A stretch of DNA of 58,096 bases from an uncultured Gammaproteobacteria bacterium (lineage in GTDB: Bacteria; Pseudomonadota; Gammaproteobacteria; SURF-13), in assembly GCA_963925015.1 (NCBI GenBank), contig CAWUTX010000030.1:1-58096 (forward strand), in the 5' to 3' direction. The position numbers and the translations under genes are program-made. How positions within the stretch are numbered: the stretch's first letter is position 1; every line of letters starts with the position of its first letter. The notes below the pieces were generated by a model that had not been told where the DNA came from, did no database searches, and saw nothing but the letters and a program-made list of their open reading frames with translations. This document shows, piece by piece, positions 12,100 to 20,947 of the stretch.

Positions 12100-12225
12100 C
12101 GCCCTTTGGACATAGGGCGTCAGTCGTTGACCTTCACGCTGATCTTACGCTGTTGCTGCCGTTCGTGCTGGTGTTCTCGACGGCCGGATTTGCTACCATG
12201 AGGCGCGGACAGCACGCCGCGCGCA

Positions 12226-12657
12226 TTGGCTCCCATAACCCAACAAGGAGATCGCACCATGACATGCAATCAGTTGAACCAATACGGCCCCCTCGTCGGA
12301 CGCATCTTTCTGGCGCTGATTTTCATCCTCGCCGGCTATGGCAAGATCAACGGCTGGGACGGCACGCTGGGTTACATGGCCAGCAAGGGCTTGCCGATGC
12401 CCGAGGCGCTGCTCGCGCTTACCATCCTCATCGAACTGGGTGGCGGGTTGCTGCTATTACTGGGTTTCCAGGCACGCTGGGCGGCGCTCGCCCTCTTCCT
12501 GTTTTTAATCCCGGTGACGTTAATCTTTCACCCGTTTTGGGCGGATCCCGAGCAGTATAATGCCTTCATGAAAAATCTCGCCATCATGGGCGGCATGCTC
12601 TACATCATGACCTTTGGCAGCGGGCCTTACAGTCTCCAGAAAGAAAGGTACCCATAG
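12226..12657 (+). CDS. DoxX family membrane protein
   Basis: ORF with DoxX-like segments (GRIFLALIFILAGYGKI...ELGGGLLLLLGF...FHPFW). The true start may be the ATG at 12259. Confidence 0.8.
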   Translation: MAPITQQGDRTMTCNQLNQYGPLVGRIFLALIFILAGYGKINGWDGTLGYMASKGLPMPEALLALTILIELGGGLLLLLGFQARWAALALFLFLIPVTLIFHPFWADPEQYNAFMKNLAIMGGMLYIMTFGSGPYSLQKERYP

Positions 12658-12664
12658 GACAAAA

Positions 12665-13189
12665 GTGTTAGGCACACGGTTTTGTGCAGCCATTGAACGC
12701 ATGGACGCGTTCAATGGCGCAGACCCCAACCACGAAATCGTTGCAGGCCAAGAATATCCCAAGGAGCTGCTCTACGCCGAGCGCATGACGGCGTGGCTTG
12801 CGCGTCTCGCGCCGGAGGCCTCCGAGGCGCTGCGCCTCGCGGCGCGCAGCCAGCACATCGGGCGCTGGACGATACCGCGCAGCCACTATCCGATGGACCG
12901 GCGCGGCTATCACCAATGGCGCACCGCCCACGCCCAAACCGCGCGCGAAATCATGCAGCACACCGGCTACGATGAGGCGACTATCGTCCGCGTTGAAAAT
13001 TTACTGAAAAAGACCCACCTCAAAAACGACCCCGAGGCGCAACGGCTGGAAGACACCGCCTGCCTCGTTTTTCTCGAACACTATTTTTCCGCCTTCGCGC
13101 AAAAACACGACGAGCAAAAACTCATCGAGATTCTGCAAAAGACATGGAAAAAATGTCCGCGCAAGCCCAGCAGACCGCGCTTACATTGA
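12665..13189 (+). CDS. DUF4202-family protein, 3' end apparently frameshifted
   Basis: In-frame GTG at 12665. Helical protein with ...RLAARSQHIGRWTIPRSHYPMDRRGYHQWR.... After TGGAAAAAA (A6) the frame yields an unnatural KCPRKPSRPRLH tail. The +1 frame continues MSAQAQQTALTLTLADADIALIERALSAI to a TGA at 13240-13242. Confidence 0.7.
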   Translation: MLGTRFCAAIERMDAFNGADPNHEIVAGQEYPKELLYAERMTAWLARLAPEASEALRLAARSQHIGRWTIPRSHYPMDRRGYHQWRTAHAQTAREIMQHTGYDEATIVRVENLLKKTHLKNDPEAQRLEDTACLVFLEHYFSAFAQKHDEQKLIEILQKTWKKCPRKPSRPRLH

Positions 13190-13318
13190 CGCTTGCGGAT
13201 GCTGACATAGCATTGATCGAAAGGGCGCTATCAGCTATTTGAACAAATAGGCTGTATAAGTCGGCTCAATGGAAGGCTGGGATCAGTCGGCTGGGCAAGG
13301 GGCATCTAACGCCGCAAA

Positions 13319-14034
13319 TCAGCCGAGCCGCTTTTTGGCGCCAGCCGGATTTGCCTGGCTAGATAATTTTTTGTCAGCTTCGAAACCTAGTTCCCAGAAA
13401 TACATGTCTACTAGCTTCATAGGGGGGTAATTAACACCGCTATTTTCTAGTATTTTTGCATTTACGTAATCAAAGCTCTGCTTGTTTTCCAGATAGAATT
13501 TGACAACAGCAAGAAAGTTGTTTGGCTTTAACCCAGAATAACTTAATCCCTTAGCTCTCAATCCATCAATAAAATAACGATCATATGCTGGAACACAACC
13601 GAGAGTGCCTAATATTATTTTTTTTGCCAGCGTATCAGTAACATTAATTTTACGAGCAACGCCATTAATGCTTTTGATATTGTTTCGATACCAATTCTTT
13701 ATCCAGTCAATGAGAATAAATATTTCTTCTATATGCGCTTTTCCAGAGGCTTGGTAATTTATTTTTTGAAGATGCTTGTTTTGTAAGATGTGCTCTACAG
13801 CTTCCTTATGAATAAGATAGTCTTTCTAAAGCAAGAAACTTGATCCGCGATACATTCCCTAGCTGGCCAGATAAAAAGACATGTGCAAACAAGCTATATC
13901 TACATCAATTTCATTTCCAGTAAAGTAGTTATAACAGTGCTCCCATGACTTGTAGCGATGATTTTCATCTGACTCAAGCTGAGTATGGAACGTTAATATC
14001 TTATTGCGAATATCATCTATAGTGTTTTTATCAT
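13319..14034 (-). pseudogene. disrupted gene of unknown function in an AT-rich islet (2 in-frame TAG codons plus 1 homopolymer frameshift)
   Basis: My minus-strand translation is one continuous frame ...HRYKSWEHCYNYF...FYLAS*GMYRGSSFLL*KDYLIHKEA... ending in the 80-aa ORF 13319-13561. The TAGs lie at 13859-13861 and 13826-13828. The ATG at 14034 is out of frame by one nt across an A5 run (plus-strand T run 14025-14029). Confidence 0.7.
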
Positions 14035-14044
14035 CTAGCTAGAA

Positions 14045-15931
14045 TTATGCACCAAGCTCCACCAACCGCTGGTTCAGTCGGCGCACGAAGGCCGCCGGGT
14101 CTTCGAGCTGGGCACCTTCCGAGAGTTGGGCTTGGTCGAACAGGATGTGTGCCCAGTCGGTGAAGCGGTCGTTGTCGGCTTCATGGGTGATGCGCACGAC
14201 GAGTGGGTGCTCCACATTGATTTCCAGTATCGGTTTGCTGCCCGGTATCGCCTGCCCGGCAGCCTTGAGAAGGCGTTCGAGGTGTGCGCCCATGTCGTGC
14301 GCCTCGCTGACCAGACACGCGGGCGAAGTGGTGAGGCGGCGGCTGACGCGCACCTCCTTCACGCGGTCGCCGAGCGCGGTCTGGATGCGTTCGATCAGGC
14401 CCTGGAATTCATCGGCGGGCTTGTTCTGTTGCTCGGTGTCGCTTACACCTTCGATTTTGCCAAGATCAAGCTCGCCCTTGGCGACGGACTGTAGCTGTTT
14501 GCCTTCGAACTCGGAAAAGTGTGAGGCCAGCCATTCGTCGACGCGGTCGTACATCAGCAGCACCTCGACGCCGCTCTTGCGCAGCAGTTCGAGGTGCGGG
14601 CTGTGTTTTGCGGCGGCGAAGGTGTCGGCGGTGATGTAATAGACTTTGTCCTGCCCCGGCTTCATGCGCGCGACATAATCGGCGAGCGTCACATCCTGCG
14701 CGTCGGTGTCTTGGTGCGTGGAGGCGAAGCGCAATAGTTTTGCAATACGTTCGCGGTTGATGTGATCTTCCACTACGCCCTCCTTGAGCACAAGCCCAAA
14801 CTCTTTCCAGAATTTGGCGTATTTCTCGGCGTCGCCCGCCGCGACATCTTCCAGCAGCGCCAGCACTTTCTTGACCGACGCCGCGCGCATGGTTTCGACC
14901 ACCTTGCTGCCCTGTAAAATCTCGCGCGATACGTTGAGCGGCAAGTCGTTGGAGTCGATCACGCCGCGCACGAAGCGCAGATAATGCGGCATGAGCTGTT
15001 GCGCGTCTTCCATGATGAACACGCGCCGCACATACAGCTTCACGCCGTGGCGGCTGTCGCGATCCCACAGGTCGAACGGCGCGCGCGCCGGAACATACAG
15101 CAGCAGCGTGTATTCCTGCTTGCCTTCGACGCGGCTGTGCACGTGCGCGAGCGGCGGCTCGAAGTCGTGCGCCACGTGCTTGTAAAATTCAGTGTATTCG
15201 TCCGCGCTGATGTCGGCCTTGGGGCGCGTCCACAGGGCCGAGGCGCGGTTGACGGTTTCGTAGGCCTCGTTTTTCTCTTTGTCTTCCGACGGCAGCAGGA
15301 TGGGAACGCTGATGTGGTCGGAGTAGGTGCGGATGATGCCGCGCAGGCGGAAGCCGTCGAGGAATTCGTCCTCGCCCGCGCGCAGGTGCAGCGTGACCTC
15401 GGTGCCGCGCGTCTCTTTTGCGACGGTTTCGATGCTGTAGTCGCCCTCGCCGCCCGATTCCCAGCGCACGCCGTGTTCCGCGGTGAGCCCGGCGCGCCGT
15501 GTGGTGAGCGTGACCTTGTCGGCAACGATGAAGGCCGAATAAAATCCGACGCCGAACTGGCCGATGAGGTGTGCGTCTTTCGCCTGGTCGCCGGTGAGTT
15601 TTTCGAAGAACGCGCGGGTGCCGGATTTGGCGATGGTGCCGATGTTATCCACCACTTCGGCGCGGGTCATGCCGATGCCGTTGTCGGCGAGGGTGACGGT
15701 GCGCTGCTTTTTGTCGTAGTGCACATGGATGTTGAGCTCGCTGATGCCTTCGTAGAGGGCGTCGTCCGTGAGCGCCTCGAAGCGCAGTTTGTCGATGGCG
15801 TCGGAGGCGTTGGAAATCAGCTCGCGCAGGAATATTTCCTTGTTGCTGTAGAGCGAGTGAATCATGAGGCCGAGCAACTGCTTCACCTCGGCCTGAAACC
15901 CCAGCGTTTCCTTGTGCGTCGCAACCGTCAT
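14045..15931 (-). CDS. htpG: molecular chaperone HtpG (Hsp90)
   Basis: 628-aa ORF starting ...[44 protein letters not shown], a canonical Hsp90 N-domain. Confidence 0.97.
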   Translation of the reverse strand: MTVATHKETLGFQAEVKQLLGLMIHSLYSNKEIFLRELISNASDAIDKLRFEALTDDALYEGISELNIHVHYDKKQRTVTLADNGIGMTRAEVVDNIGTIAKSGTRAFFEKLTGDQAKDAHLIGQFGVGFYSAFIVADKVTLTTRRAGLTAEHGVRWESGGEGDYSIETVAKETRGTEVTLHLRAGEDEFLDGFRLRGIIRTYSDHISVPILLPSEDKEKNEAYETVNRASALWTRPKADISADEYTEFYKHVAHDFEPPLAHVHSRVEGKQEYTLLLYVPARAPFDLWDRDSRHGVKLYVRRVFIMEDAQQLMPHYLRFVRGVIDSNDLPLNVSREILQGSKVVETMRAASVKKVLALLEDVAAGDAEKYAKFWKEFGLVLKEGVVEDHINRERIAKLLRFASTHQDTDAQDVTLADYVARMKPGQDKVYYITADTFAAAKHSPHLELLRKSGVEVLLMYDRVDEWLASHFSEFEGKQLQSVAKGELDLGKIEGVSDTEQQNKPADEFQGLIERIQTALGDRVKEVRVSRRLTTSPACLVSEAHDMGAHLERLLKAAGQAIPGSKPILEINVEHPLVVRITHEADNDRFTDWAHILFDQAQLSEGAQLEDPAAFVRRLNQRLVELGA

Positions 15932-15972
15932 GCAATACCTTCCTTCATTAAGTGAGTGTAACTGTGCTTATT

Positions 15973-16004
15973 ATACTGGGGATCACGGGCCGCGACTTCA
16001 AGGG
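15973..16004 (-). promoter_or_regulatory. candidate sigma-32 heat-shock promoter of htpG
   Basis: Minus strand reads CCCTTGAA, a 15-nt spacer, then CCCCAGTAT, against the consensus CCCTTGAA-N13-17-CCCCATnTA. The -10 lies about 40 nt upstream of the htpG ATG. Confidence 0.55.
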
Positions 16005-16078
16005 CGGCAGCTATCTACCATGGCTATCTATAGGCCAAGCAAGTAGGGTAAGCTTTCCGAAAAATCAGGAGCACCCTC

Positions 16079-16891
16079 ATGCAGCCCTTACTCCCTCTCG
16101 TGGTCGAGCCCGCGCAGTTGGCGGAGCAGCTCGGCGCACAAAAACTTTTGATAGTTGATCTGTGCAGGCCGGAGACCTACGCCAGCCAGCATATTCCCGG
16201 CGCCGTGCACCTGGAGTACACGCAACTCATCACGGCGCAGCTGCCGGTGATGGGCCTGCTGCCGGATGACGTGCACCTCAGCCAGGTGTTTTCGGCGCTG
16301 GGCCTTGCCCCCGGCATGCATGTGGTGGCTTACGACGACGAGGGCGGCGCCAAGGCCTGCCGTCTGCTGTGGACGCTGGACGTGATCGGCCATGCGCACT
16401 TTTCACTGCTGAATGGCGGACTACGCGCGTGGCTCGCGGGGCGGCATCCGGTGAGCAATACGCCCGCCCGGCCCGGCGCAAGCCGCTATCGGGCGGCGCG
16501 CTCAGGCGGCGCGCTGGCGGACAAGGACTACATCCTCGCGCATCTGGCAGACTCGCAGGTGAAGCTGCTCGATGCGCGCACGCCGGGCGAGTATCGCGGC
16601 ACCGACAAACGTGCCCAGCGCGGCGGCCACATCCCCGGCGCGGTTAATATGGACTGGACCGAGGCGCTCGACATGCAAAACAGCGGACGCCTCAAACCCG
16701 CCGATGCGCTGCGCGCGCGACTTGACGAGATCGGGGTAACGCCGGACAAGGAAGCCATCGTGTACTGCCAGACCCATCAGCGCTCGTCGCACACCTATAT
16801 CGTGCTCAAGTCGCTCGGCTACCCGCGCATCAAGGGCTATCCGGGGGCGTGGTCGGAGTGGGGCAATAGCTTCGATACGCCGGTGGAGTAA
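16079..16891 (+). CDS. tandem-rhodanese sulfurtransferase (thiosulfate/3-mercaptopyruvate type)
   Basis: 270-aa ORF with two rhodanese-like halves and the active-site loop CQTHQRS in the second. Confidence 0.85.
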   Translation: MQPLLPLVVEPAQLAEQLGAQKLLIVDLCRPETYASQHIPGAVHLEYTQLITAQLPVMGLLPDDVHLSQVFSALGLAPGMHVVAYDDEGGAKACRLLWTLDVIGHAHFSLLNGGLRAWLAGRHPVSNTPARPGASRYRAARSGGALADKDYILAHLADSQVKLLDARTPGEYRGTDKRAQRGGHIPGAVNMDWTEALDMQNSGRLKPADALRARLDEIGVTPDKEAIVYCQTHQRSSHTYIVLKSLGYPRIKGYPGAWSEWGNSFDTPVE

Positions 16892-16917
16892 CGGCTCAGC
16901 CGACGGCGGTATCCGCC

Positions 16918-17448
16918 TCATCCATCGTGCAGAAAATCCAGCACGCCCTGCAAGGCGGCAAACACGGCCTGACGCCGCACCGCCTCACGATCACCGGAGA
17001 AGTGCCCGGTGCGGCTGCGCGTTTCGCGTCCGCATCCGGCCCAGGCCAGACATACGGTGCCGAGCGGTTTGGTCTGGGTGGCGCCGCCCGGCCCGGTGAT
17101 ACCGCTCACCGCAAGGCTTATCTGGGCATGACTATGGCGCAGCGCGCCCTCGGCCATGCGGCATACCGTAGCCTCGCTCACCGCGCCGTGCGCACGCAGC
17201 GTGGCAGCCGGTACGCCCAGCATCTCCTGTTTGGCGATGTTGGTGTAGCTGATAAAGCCGCGCTCAAACCACGCCGAGCTCCCGGGTACCGCCGTGACGG
17301 CCTGGGCTACCCAGCCGCCGGTGCATGATTCCGCAGTGACGAGCAGAGCGCCGTGCCGCTTGAGCCTCTTGCCCACACGCACCGCCAAGGCTGCGAGCGC
17401 CGCTGGGCGCAGGCGAACTGGTTTAAGAGAAGTGGTGGAGACAGGCAT
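16918..17448 (-). CDS. pncC: nicotinamide-nucleotide amidohydrolase, CinA C-terminal domain family
   Basis: 176-aa ORF with LVTAESCTGGW...ERGFISYTN..K...LGV....L...GAVSE.....MA.GA, typical of PncC/CinA. Confidence 0.8.
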   Translation of the reverse strand: MPVSTTSLKPVRLRPAALAALAVRVGKRLKRHGALLVTAESCTGGWVAQAVTAVPGSSAWFERGFISYTNIAKQEMLGVPAATLRAHGAVSEATVCRMAEGALRHSHAQISLAVSGITGPGGATQTKPLGTVCLAWAGCGRETRSRTGHFSGDREAVRRQAVFAALQGVLDFLHDG

Positions 17449-17548
17449 TTCCTTCCTGAGGCTAGCGATGGAGGCTTAAGGAGGCGCAGCAGGAGGTTGT
17501 GTCGATGGCCGCGCAGATCAAGACGGCGCAGACATAATTCAAAGAGGA

Positions 17549-17592
17549 AAAATAAAATAATGATGGCTGGCAGAAAAAGCTGCCAGCCATCA
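17549..17592 (-). terminator. rho-independent terminator after the small lipoprotein gene
   Basis: 13-bp perfect stem (17561-17573 with 17580-17592) and a 6-nt loop. On the minus strand it is followed by TTATTTTATTTT. Confidence 0.7.
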
Positions 17593-17605
17593 TCAGATAC
17601 CAATG

Positions 17606-17818
17606 TTACTTGGCGGCGCCTTCAGCAGGTGCGGCCGGTGCCGGTTCAGCGGCCGGTTCAGCAGGAGCGGCCATTGCCGGTGAGGCATCAGGCGCCTCAG
17701 CAGCGGGTGCCTCAACAGCGGCCGCCGGCGCTTCGCTGGCTTCTTCAGCCTTGTTGCAACCAGCAAGACCTAAGGCAAACAGCGCGGCACCAAGCAATAC
17801 GAGAATTTTCTTTGTCAT
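17606..17818 (-). CDS. small Ala/Pro-rich lipoprotein
   Basis: 70-aa ORF with a signal peptide and lipobox (LGLAGC), a low-complexity AP/E tail, and its own terminator. Confidence 0.6.
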   Translation of the reverse strand: MTKKILVLLGAALFALGLAGCNKAEEASEAPAAAVEAPAAEAPDASPAMAAPAEPAAEPAPAAPAEGAAK

Positions 17819-17940
17819 TTACTTACCCCTCAAAAAAATAATAATCGAACCTGTAAATTAACACGATTCATCTATGGTGATCAAGGGCAAACTAGCGAAA
17901 TGTTAGCCCCAAGTAGTAATGTCCGCTTTGATTAAACTCG

Positions 17941-17960
17941 GCCCCTGTTAAAACAGGGGC
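17941..17960. repeat. hairpin GCCCCTGTTAAAACAGGGGC resembling the first hairpin of the REP-like element
   Basis: Resembles CCCCTGTT-N-AGGGGCGG in the two full copies. Sits directly at the edge of the ISNCY-like remnant. Confidence 0.35.
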
Positions 17961-17968
17961 GGATATTT

Positions 17969-18706
17969 TTGAAGCGGCTGGCCAAGGGTTATCAGGCTGG
18001 GCTAACGGCACTGATCAGCAAAAAGCGCGGCAGAGCCTCCCGCGGGCGGCTGAACGAAGCCACGCGCACCACGGCCGTCGAACTCATAGCCGCGCACTAC
18101 GGCGACTTCGCCCCGACGCTGGCCAACGAGAAACTGGCCGAATTGCACGGCATTCGGATGTCCGTCGAGAGCGCACGCCAGATGATGATCACTGCTGGCT
18201 ACTGGCACACCAAAAAGGGTGGCACGGCCTGCACCTACCCCATGCGTGAACGCCGCCCTCGCTTCGGCGAAATGATCCAGATCGACGGCAGCCCGCACGA
18301 CTGGTTTGAAGGACGCAGCGCGTCTTGCAGCCTGCTGGCGTTCATTGACGATGCCACCGTAAAGGGGCCGCCGCCAGACACTCGCCCTGCGGGCGGTCTT
18401 GGCGCAGCCACCCGCAGCACCAGGCCGGGGCTGAGAGGGGCGAAGGTCACGGTGCATGAACACTTTGACGGCCGCTGCGAATTGTTCTGGCAAAGGCGCA
18501 AACTGAGCTATAGCGCGATGGATAAACCGCTGCGTCAGGCACCGGCGGCAGACGGCAAGGCGGTCAATGTGCGAGCGGATACAGCGGTGATGCGGCGCAG
18601 TACGGGACACCAGCCCGCAGCGGATCATCCGTGGAGAAACATGCCTGTCGGCAAGTCCCCCAACGATGGGCAATGCGCTACTTGGCAGCAAGGAGAGAAA
18701 AGGTGA
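17969..18706 (+). pseudogene. ISNCY-family-like transposase remnant (5'-truncated, internal deletion)
   Basis: Translation carries ...ERRPRFGEMIQIDGSPHDWFEGRSASCSLLAFIDDAT, which I recognise as the ISNCY-type catalytic-core start. It then runs into unnatural Gly/Pro/Arg-rich sequence and a short C-terminal-like piece. No N-terminal HTH region and no terminal repeats were seen. Confidence 0.55.
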
Positions 18707-18788
18707 AAGCGGACATTTCTGCTTTGCAGGAAAGAGGACATTTCCATTTGGCGTTGACAGTCAGGCGGCGGAGAGTGTCGGCTGAGCG

Positions 18789-18938
18789 TACAATGACGCT
18801 GCCATCCATTTTACCGTGAGCGCGGGCGTGGCGTTTCTCGACAGCAAGGGCGACGACGAGCTGTTGTTTAAAAGGGCCGACGACGCGCTCTATCAGGCCA
18901 ATGCCGAGGGCCGTAACCGCGTCCGCCTCGCCGTCTGA
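18789..18938 (+). pseudogene. C-terminal fragment of a GGDEF diguanylate cyclase
   Basis: My translation is AYNDAAIHFTVSAGVAFLDSKGDDELLFKRADDALYQANAEGRNRVRLAV*. This is the last roughly 50 aa of a GGDEF domain, with a stop immediately upstream. Confidence 0.6.
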
Positions 18939-18960
18939 TCCCGCTACAGGATTTTCCCTT

Positions 18961-19535
18961 TCAGTCTTCCTGCCATGCGCGCACCGCTTCGGATGCGGGC
19001 ACGCCTGTTTTGTCGCCTGCGCGGTAGAGGTAGGCGCGCGTGATGGGCGCCGCGTCCAGACGGTGCGTGAGCTGCAGCTGAAACACCACCAAGTCACGCC
19101 AGCGGAACGCCGCCTCGCACGAGGCGAGATAAAACTCTCACATGCGGCAAAAACGCTCGCCCATGCGTTGCGCGACCTTGGCACAATGCGAGTGAAAGCG
19201 CTGATGCCATAAGGCCATTGTCTTGGCGTAGTGCGGCCGCAATATCTCGATATCGCAGATCACCAGGCCGGAGCTCTCATCACTGCATCCCACGCACCGT
19301 CCATGTAGGTTTCGCCCAGCATCAGCTCGGTATCGCGCAGGATGCGCCTGAGCGCGCCGTCATCGTGCAGCACAATACCCACGCGCGGGCCGTCAGCGCC
19401 GAAGCTGTGCGTCCGGCCATCGGCAAGGGTGATGTCCAGCCGTCCGTGCCGGATATTTTTTTGCAACTGACGGAGATGAATATTGTTCATGGCACCCCCC
19501 GCCCTCTTGAGTGATGGCTTTACCAGCACACGCAC
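18961..19535 (-). pseudogene. cfa: cyclopropane-fatty-acyl-phospholipid synthase remnant (core deleted, frameshift, in-frame TGA)
   Basis: N-terminal piece is ORF 19260-19535 (...ITLADGRTHSFG...LGETYMDGAWD). It abuts, in another frame, a C-terminal piece ICDIEILRPHYAKTMALWHQRF...GERFCRM*EFYLASCEAAFRWRDLVVFQLQL... (TGA at 19138-19140). The SAM-methyltransferase core is missing. Confidence 0.65.
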
Positions 19536-19577
19536 GCCGTGGGCAATGAGTAGGCGTGGCGGCAGTGCCAGCCAAGC

Positions 19578-19853
19578 TTATTTTCCTGCTGGCGGCACGT
19601 AACCCGACGGCTTCGCCGAGCCTTCGCCAAAAAAGAATTTTTCCAGCTCAAGCGCGAGGAATTCGCGCGCCTTGGGGTCAATCATACTCAACCGGTTTTC
19701 GTTGATGAGCATGGTTTGATGACCGACCCACAGCTTCCACCCCTCGGCGGAGACGGCTTCAAAAATCCGCTTGCCGAGCGCGCCGGGATACGGTGGCAGT
19801 GTGAGGCCTTCGGCCTCGCGGCCCAGTTTTACGCAGTTCACCATTCGCGTCAT
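19578..19853 (-). CDS. yggX: Fe(2+)-trafficking protein YggX
   Basis: 91-aa [47 protein letters not shown], canonical YggX, downstream of mutY as in many proteobacteria. Confidence 0.85.
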   Translation of the reverse strand: MTRMVNCVKLGREAEGLTLPPYPGALGKRIFEAVSAEGWKLWVGHQTMLINENRLSMIDPKAREFLALELEKFFFGEGSAKPSGYVPPAGK

Positions 19854-20947
19854 GAATTTTCCTTGCGGGATACCCCCGCTAACTTAGCTAATAAACGTTT
19901 CACCGGCGCGGCGAGGCCGCGCGCGTCAGGCTTTGTGATGTTATACCAGACGGCAGGCCGTGTTTCCATGACGGCGGGCCGCTGACCGGTTACCTCCGCG
20001 ACCATGGGCAGGATGTCGAGATGAAAATGGCTGAAGCTGTGGCGCAGCGCATCATGGCGCTCGACCTGCCCGACGATAAGGCCGAGCTCACTTTCACACC
20101 AGCGCTGAATTTTCCGTCCGCTGCGGTGGGTGCATTCAGGCAGACTCCACAGCCCGCCCCATAGGCCCGCAGGCGGGCGCTGCACAAGCCGCACCGCACC
20201 CTCCTGGTTGCGCAGCATCACCAGCGTGACTTGGCGCACCGGCTTTGCCGCGCGCGGTTTGGGCGCGGGAAAATCCGTCGCGCGCCCTGCGGTGTGCGCT
20301 GCACAGTCGTCCGCCAGCGGGCAGCGTGTGCACGCGGGTTGCGCGCGCGTACACACGGTGGCGCCCAAATCCATGAACGCCTGCGTATGGTCGCGCAGGC
20401 GTGTTGCAGGCAGATGCGCCTCGGCCAGCGCCCACAGTTTTTTTTCAACCAAGCGCGCGCCCGGCCAGCCTTCGATAGCGTGAAAACGCGCCAGCACACG
20501 CTTCACATTACCGTCGAGTATGGCGTGACGCTCGCCGTGCGCAAGCGCGAGCAGCGCGCCTGCGGTCGAGCGCCCGATGCCGGGCAGTTGCATGATCAGA
20601 TTGATGTCACGCGGCGGTTCACCGTGGTGGTGCTCGCGTATGATGCGCGCCGCGCGGTGCAGGTTGCGCGCACGCGCGTAGTAGCCTAAACCCGTCCACA
20701 GGTGCAGCACCTCGTCCAGCGAGGCGCGCGCAAGCGCGCTCACATCCGGGAAGCGCTCGATAAAGCGCAGGTAATAAGGGATGACGGTCGCCACCTGCGT
20801 CTGCTGCAGCATGATCTCGGACACCCATACCCGATAGGGTGAGGGGTTGATCTGCCAGGGCAAATCCTTGCGGCCAAAGCGGTCGAACCACGTCAGTAGC
20901 CGCACGCTCAGTGCGGGCGACGACGAGGCGGCACACGTGTGTGTCAT
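19850..20947 (-). CDS. mutY: A/G-specific adenine DNA glycosylase MutY
   Basis: 365-aa ORF with the HhH-GPD domain ([16 protein letters not shown]...[11 protein letters not shown]), the 4Fe-4S cluster loop (C..C..C.....C) and a NUDIX-like C-domain. Confidence 0.92.
   Translation of the reverse strand: MTHTCAASSSPALSVRLLTWFDRFGRKDLPWQINPSPYRVWVSEIMLQQTQVATVIPYYLRFIERFPDVSALARASLDEVLHLWTGLGYYARARNLHRAARIIREHHHGEPPRDINLIMQLPGIGRSTAGALLALAHGERHAILDGNVKRVLARFHAIEGWPGARLVEKKLWALAEAHLPATRLRDHTQAFMDLGATVCTRAQPACTRCPLADDCAAHTAGRATDFPAPKPRAAKPVRQVTLVMLRNQEGAVRLVQRPPAGLWGGLWSLPECTHRSGRKIQRWCESELGLIVGQVERHDALRHSFSHFHLDILPMVAEVTGQRPAVMETRPAVWYNITKPDARGLAAPVKRLLAKLAGVSRKENS

Noticed and set aside
13826-13861. 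Amber codons as programmed read-through or recoding
   Set aside because: TAG terminates ordinary genes in the same window. The same gene also has a frameshifted start, so pseudogenisation or consensus error is more parsimonious.
17606-17861. Ala/Pro-rich repeats (also in the yidC N-terminus and cytochrome c4) as a nucleotide-level repeat family or CRISPR-like array
   Set aside because: They are low-complexity coding linkers with no regular spacing or conserved repeat unit. No CRISPR-like repeat-spacer architecture exists anywhere in the window.
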